NCBI GenBank assembly: GCA_965209155.1
Contig: OZ242383.1
Location: 2,912,001 to 2,976,000, forward strand
Reading direction: 5' to 3'
DNA length: 64,000 nt
Origin: a bacterium
GTDB taxonomy: Bacteria > SAR324 > NAC60-12
Shown here: positions 62,225-64,000 of the stretch, in pieces
How positions within the stretch are numbered: position 1 is the first letter of the stretch
How the letters are laid out: every line of letters begins with the position of its first letter
The notes under the pieces: model-generated
What the model saw: only the letters and a program-made list of their open reading frames with translations
Told to the model about the DNA's origin: nothing
The model's database searches: none
Made by a program: the position numbers and the translations under genes

Positions 62225-64000
62225 ATGAAATCGAAAATCGCTATTCCAAACAACCGTTCATCTTGGCTTTTTAATCAAAAAGCAGAAAGGAATCAAATGA
62301 ATCGACAAAAAAGCAATTCAACCATCACTGCAACCCTGCTCGCTCTCATCCTGGGGGTGGCAGGCTTCTTGGGCAGCCCGGCCTGGGCAGCCGATCCGCC
62401 AATAGACCCGACCACGGGAAAATTGTTGGGTTTCTCGTCGCAGGAGGCAAAGAACGCAGAGCCGGAGTATGGTGGAACGATTACCGCCGTTAGCAACTTT
62501 GGTGGGCAGTTCCCGCCTACAACTTTTAATCCCAGCAGTTCCATCTGGACGCAATATATCTACGTTTCACCGTATCTGGAGACCCTTTTGACGGGAGACA
62601 TTGTCAACAAGGGCCCGAGAGGAACCAACGAGTATGGGTTCAGTTTATCTCCCGCCCCACCGGCTAGTGTGGTTACAGGTGAGTTGGCGGAAAGCTGGTC
62701 GATGCCCGATCCGACGACACAGGTTTTCAAACTCCGAAAGGGAGTCATGTGGCAGGACAAGCCGGGAGTCATGAAATCCAGGGAGTTTACAGCAGAGGAT
62801 GTCGTTTTTGCCTACAACCATAAGGTTTCGACGTTTGTAGAAGGCGGTGGCGAATTCCAAATCGTTATGGACAATATCGAGTCGATAACCGCTCCGGATA
62901 AGTACACGGTCAAGATCGATTTGAACTATGTTGCTAATCCTGATTGGACTTACCTATGGGGATTAGGTGGTTTGTCCAGAATCTATCCTAAAGAGATGGT
63001 AGAAGCAGGGATGGACGACTGGAGGAATGGAGTGGGAACAGGCCCGTTTATGATTGAGGACTATGTGAAAGGCAGCCATGTCTCTTACGTCAGGAATCCC
63101 AATTACTGGGACACTTATACCCACAATGGCAAGGAATACGAGATTCCCTTTGTCGACCGAATGGTGAAAGCTCTCATACAGGATGAATCCGCAAAAATCG
63201 CCGCCCTGCGAACGGGGAAGCTTGACTGGCTCAAATTGGAGAAAAAGGACGTCCCGTCGCTTAGAAAATCAAGTCCCGAACTAATCATTAAAGACGATTA
63301 CCTTCAGCATTGTGCGTACATGTTAGCCATGAGGACGGACAGAGAGCCCTTTGACGATCTCCTTGTTCGACGAGCCATGAATATGGCTGTCGATCGACAA
63401 GCCATTCTTAACACGGTATTCGGTGGAGAAGGAGTAATCCTCAACAATCCCATCCCGGCAGACGGGCCGGAGTCTGTATTTACTCCTCTGGAGGAGATGC
63501 CGAAAGAAGTTCAGGAGAATTTTGAGTATAACCCTGAGCGTGCGAAGCTCCTGTTGGCCGCTGCGGGCTACCCGGAAGGATTCACGACTACTTTGCAGGC
63601 AGCTGCACTGAGTCCTTTTCAAGATATGGCTGAAATAATCATGGCTAACTTGCGCGATGTTGGAATCGACGTTAAGCCTCAGATGGTTGACTCCACCACG
63701 ACCGACGCTTTGATGAGCAAGAAGGAGCACGCGCCGATGCTTCTCTTTGGTCACGCTGTTTTTCCCATGTACGGTGCCCTTTGGCGTTATGCCAAGATAG
63801 ATGATCGAGGAAATGCGGGAATGTTGAATGACCCTGGCATTAATGCGCTCTTTACATATGGAGAGAGATTCACTTCTGACCAAGATGAAAGGTACAGCAT
63901 TATGAAAACGATGGCTATAGAGGGTCTCAAGCGGGCGAGTAATGTCGATTTACCATCTGGCTATTATGCCGTAGCTTGGTGGCCATGGTTGGAGAACTAC
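62225..64000 (+). CDS. Family 5 ABC substrate-binding protein, runs off the window end (alternative start 62297)
   Basis: Read manually: signal peptide ending AWA, PEYGG, LAESW, REFTAEDV, GTGPF, RNPNYW, ends WWPWLENY; SD AAGGAG. Confidence 0.9.
   Translation, partial: MKSKIAIPNNRSSWLFNQKAERNQMNRQKSNSTITATLLALILGVAGFLGSPAWAADPPIDPTTGKLLGFSSQEAKNAEPEYGGTITAVSNFGGQFPPTTFNPSSSIWTQYIYVSPYLETLLTGDIVNKGPRGTNEYGFSLSPAPPASVVTGELAESWSMPDPTTQVFKLRKGVMWQDKPGVMKSREFTAEDVVFAYNHKVSTFVEGGGEFQIVMDNIESITAPDKYTVKIDLNYVANPDWTYLWGLGGLSRIYPKEMVEAGMDDWRNGVGTGPFMIEDYVKGSHVSYVRNPNYWDTYTHNGKEYEIPFVDRMVKALIQDESAKIAALRTGKLDWLKLEKKDVPSLRKSSPELIIKDDYLQHCAYMLAMRTDREPFDDLLVRRAMNMAVDRQAILNTVFGGEGVILNNPIPADGPESVFTPLEEMPKEVQENFEYNPERAKLLLAAAGYPEGFTTTLQAAALSPFQDMAEIIMANLRDVGIDVKPQMVDSTTTDALMSKKEHAPMLLFGHAVFPMYGALWRYAKIDDRGNAGMLNDPGINALFTYGERFTSDQDERYSIMKTMAIEGLKRASNVDLPSGYYAVAWWPWLENY

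Overview
Bacterial chromosome segment; the housekeeping genes look deltaproteobacterial, possibly SAR324-like (inference only). Bases 1-40,000 are mostly core genes: a Dpp/Opp ABC operon, GH20, an LptA-like gene, pyrG, YyaL, a giant class A PBP, ligA, proB, a double-length uvrA, a CDF transporter, cmoB, an LpoA-like gene, hom, argG and trxB. Several of these carry in-frame insertions made of palindromic DNA repeats, and one small toxin-antitoxin (TA) pair is followed by a degenerate attC-like site. Bases 40,000-64,000 are two tandem copies of one accessory unit. Each unit has a sigma70 promoter with repeated boxes, a giant one-component regulator, a different TA module, three GGCA-N4-TGCC boxes with a sigma54-type promoter, a conserved micro-ORF/hairpin, and a family 5 solute-binding protein. 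The regulator combines an integrase arm-type DNA-binding domain, a pseudokinase, a STAND-like AAA ATPase, helical repeats, GAF, an optional PAS, a sigma54 activator domain and a Fis HTH. Unit 1 (40.0-52.0 kb) is decaying, with six nonsense codons, frameshifts and collapsed permeases. Unit 2 (54.0 kb to the window end) is intact. The integrase-arm/sigma54-activator fusion, with candidate sites for both DNA-binding domains, is the best candidate for an undescribed system. No rRNA, tRNA, CRISPR array or intact transposase/integrase was recognised.
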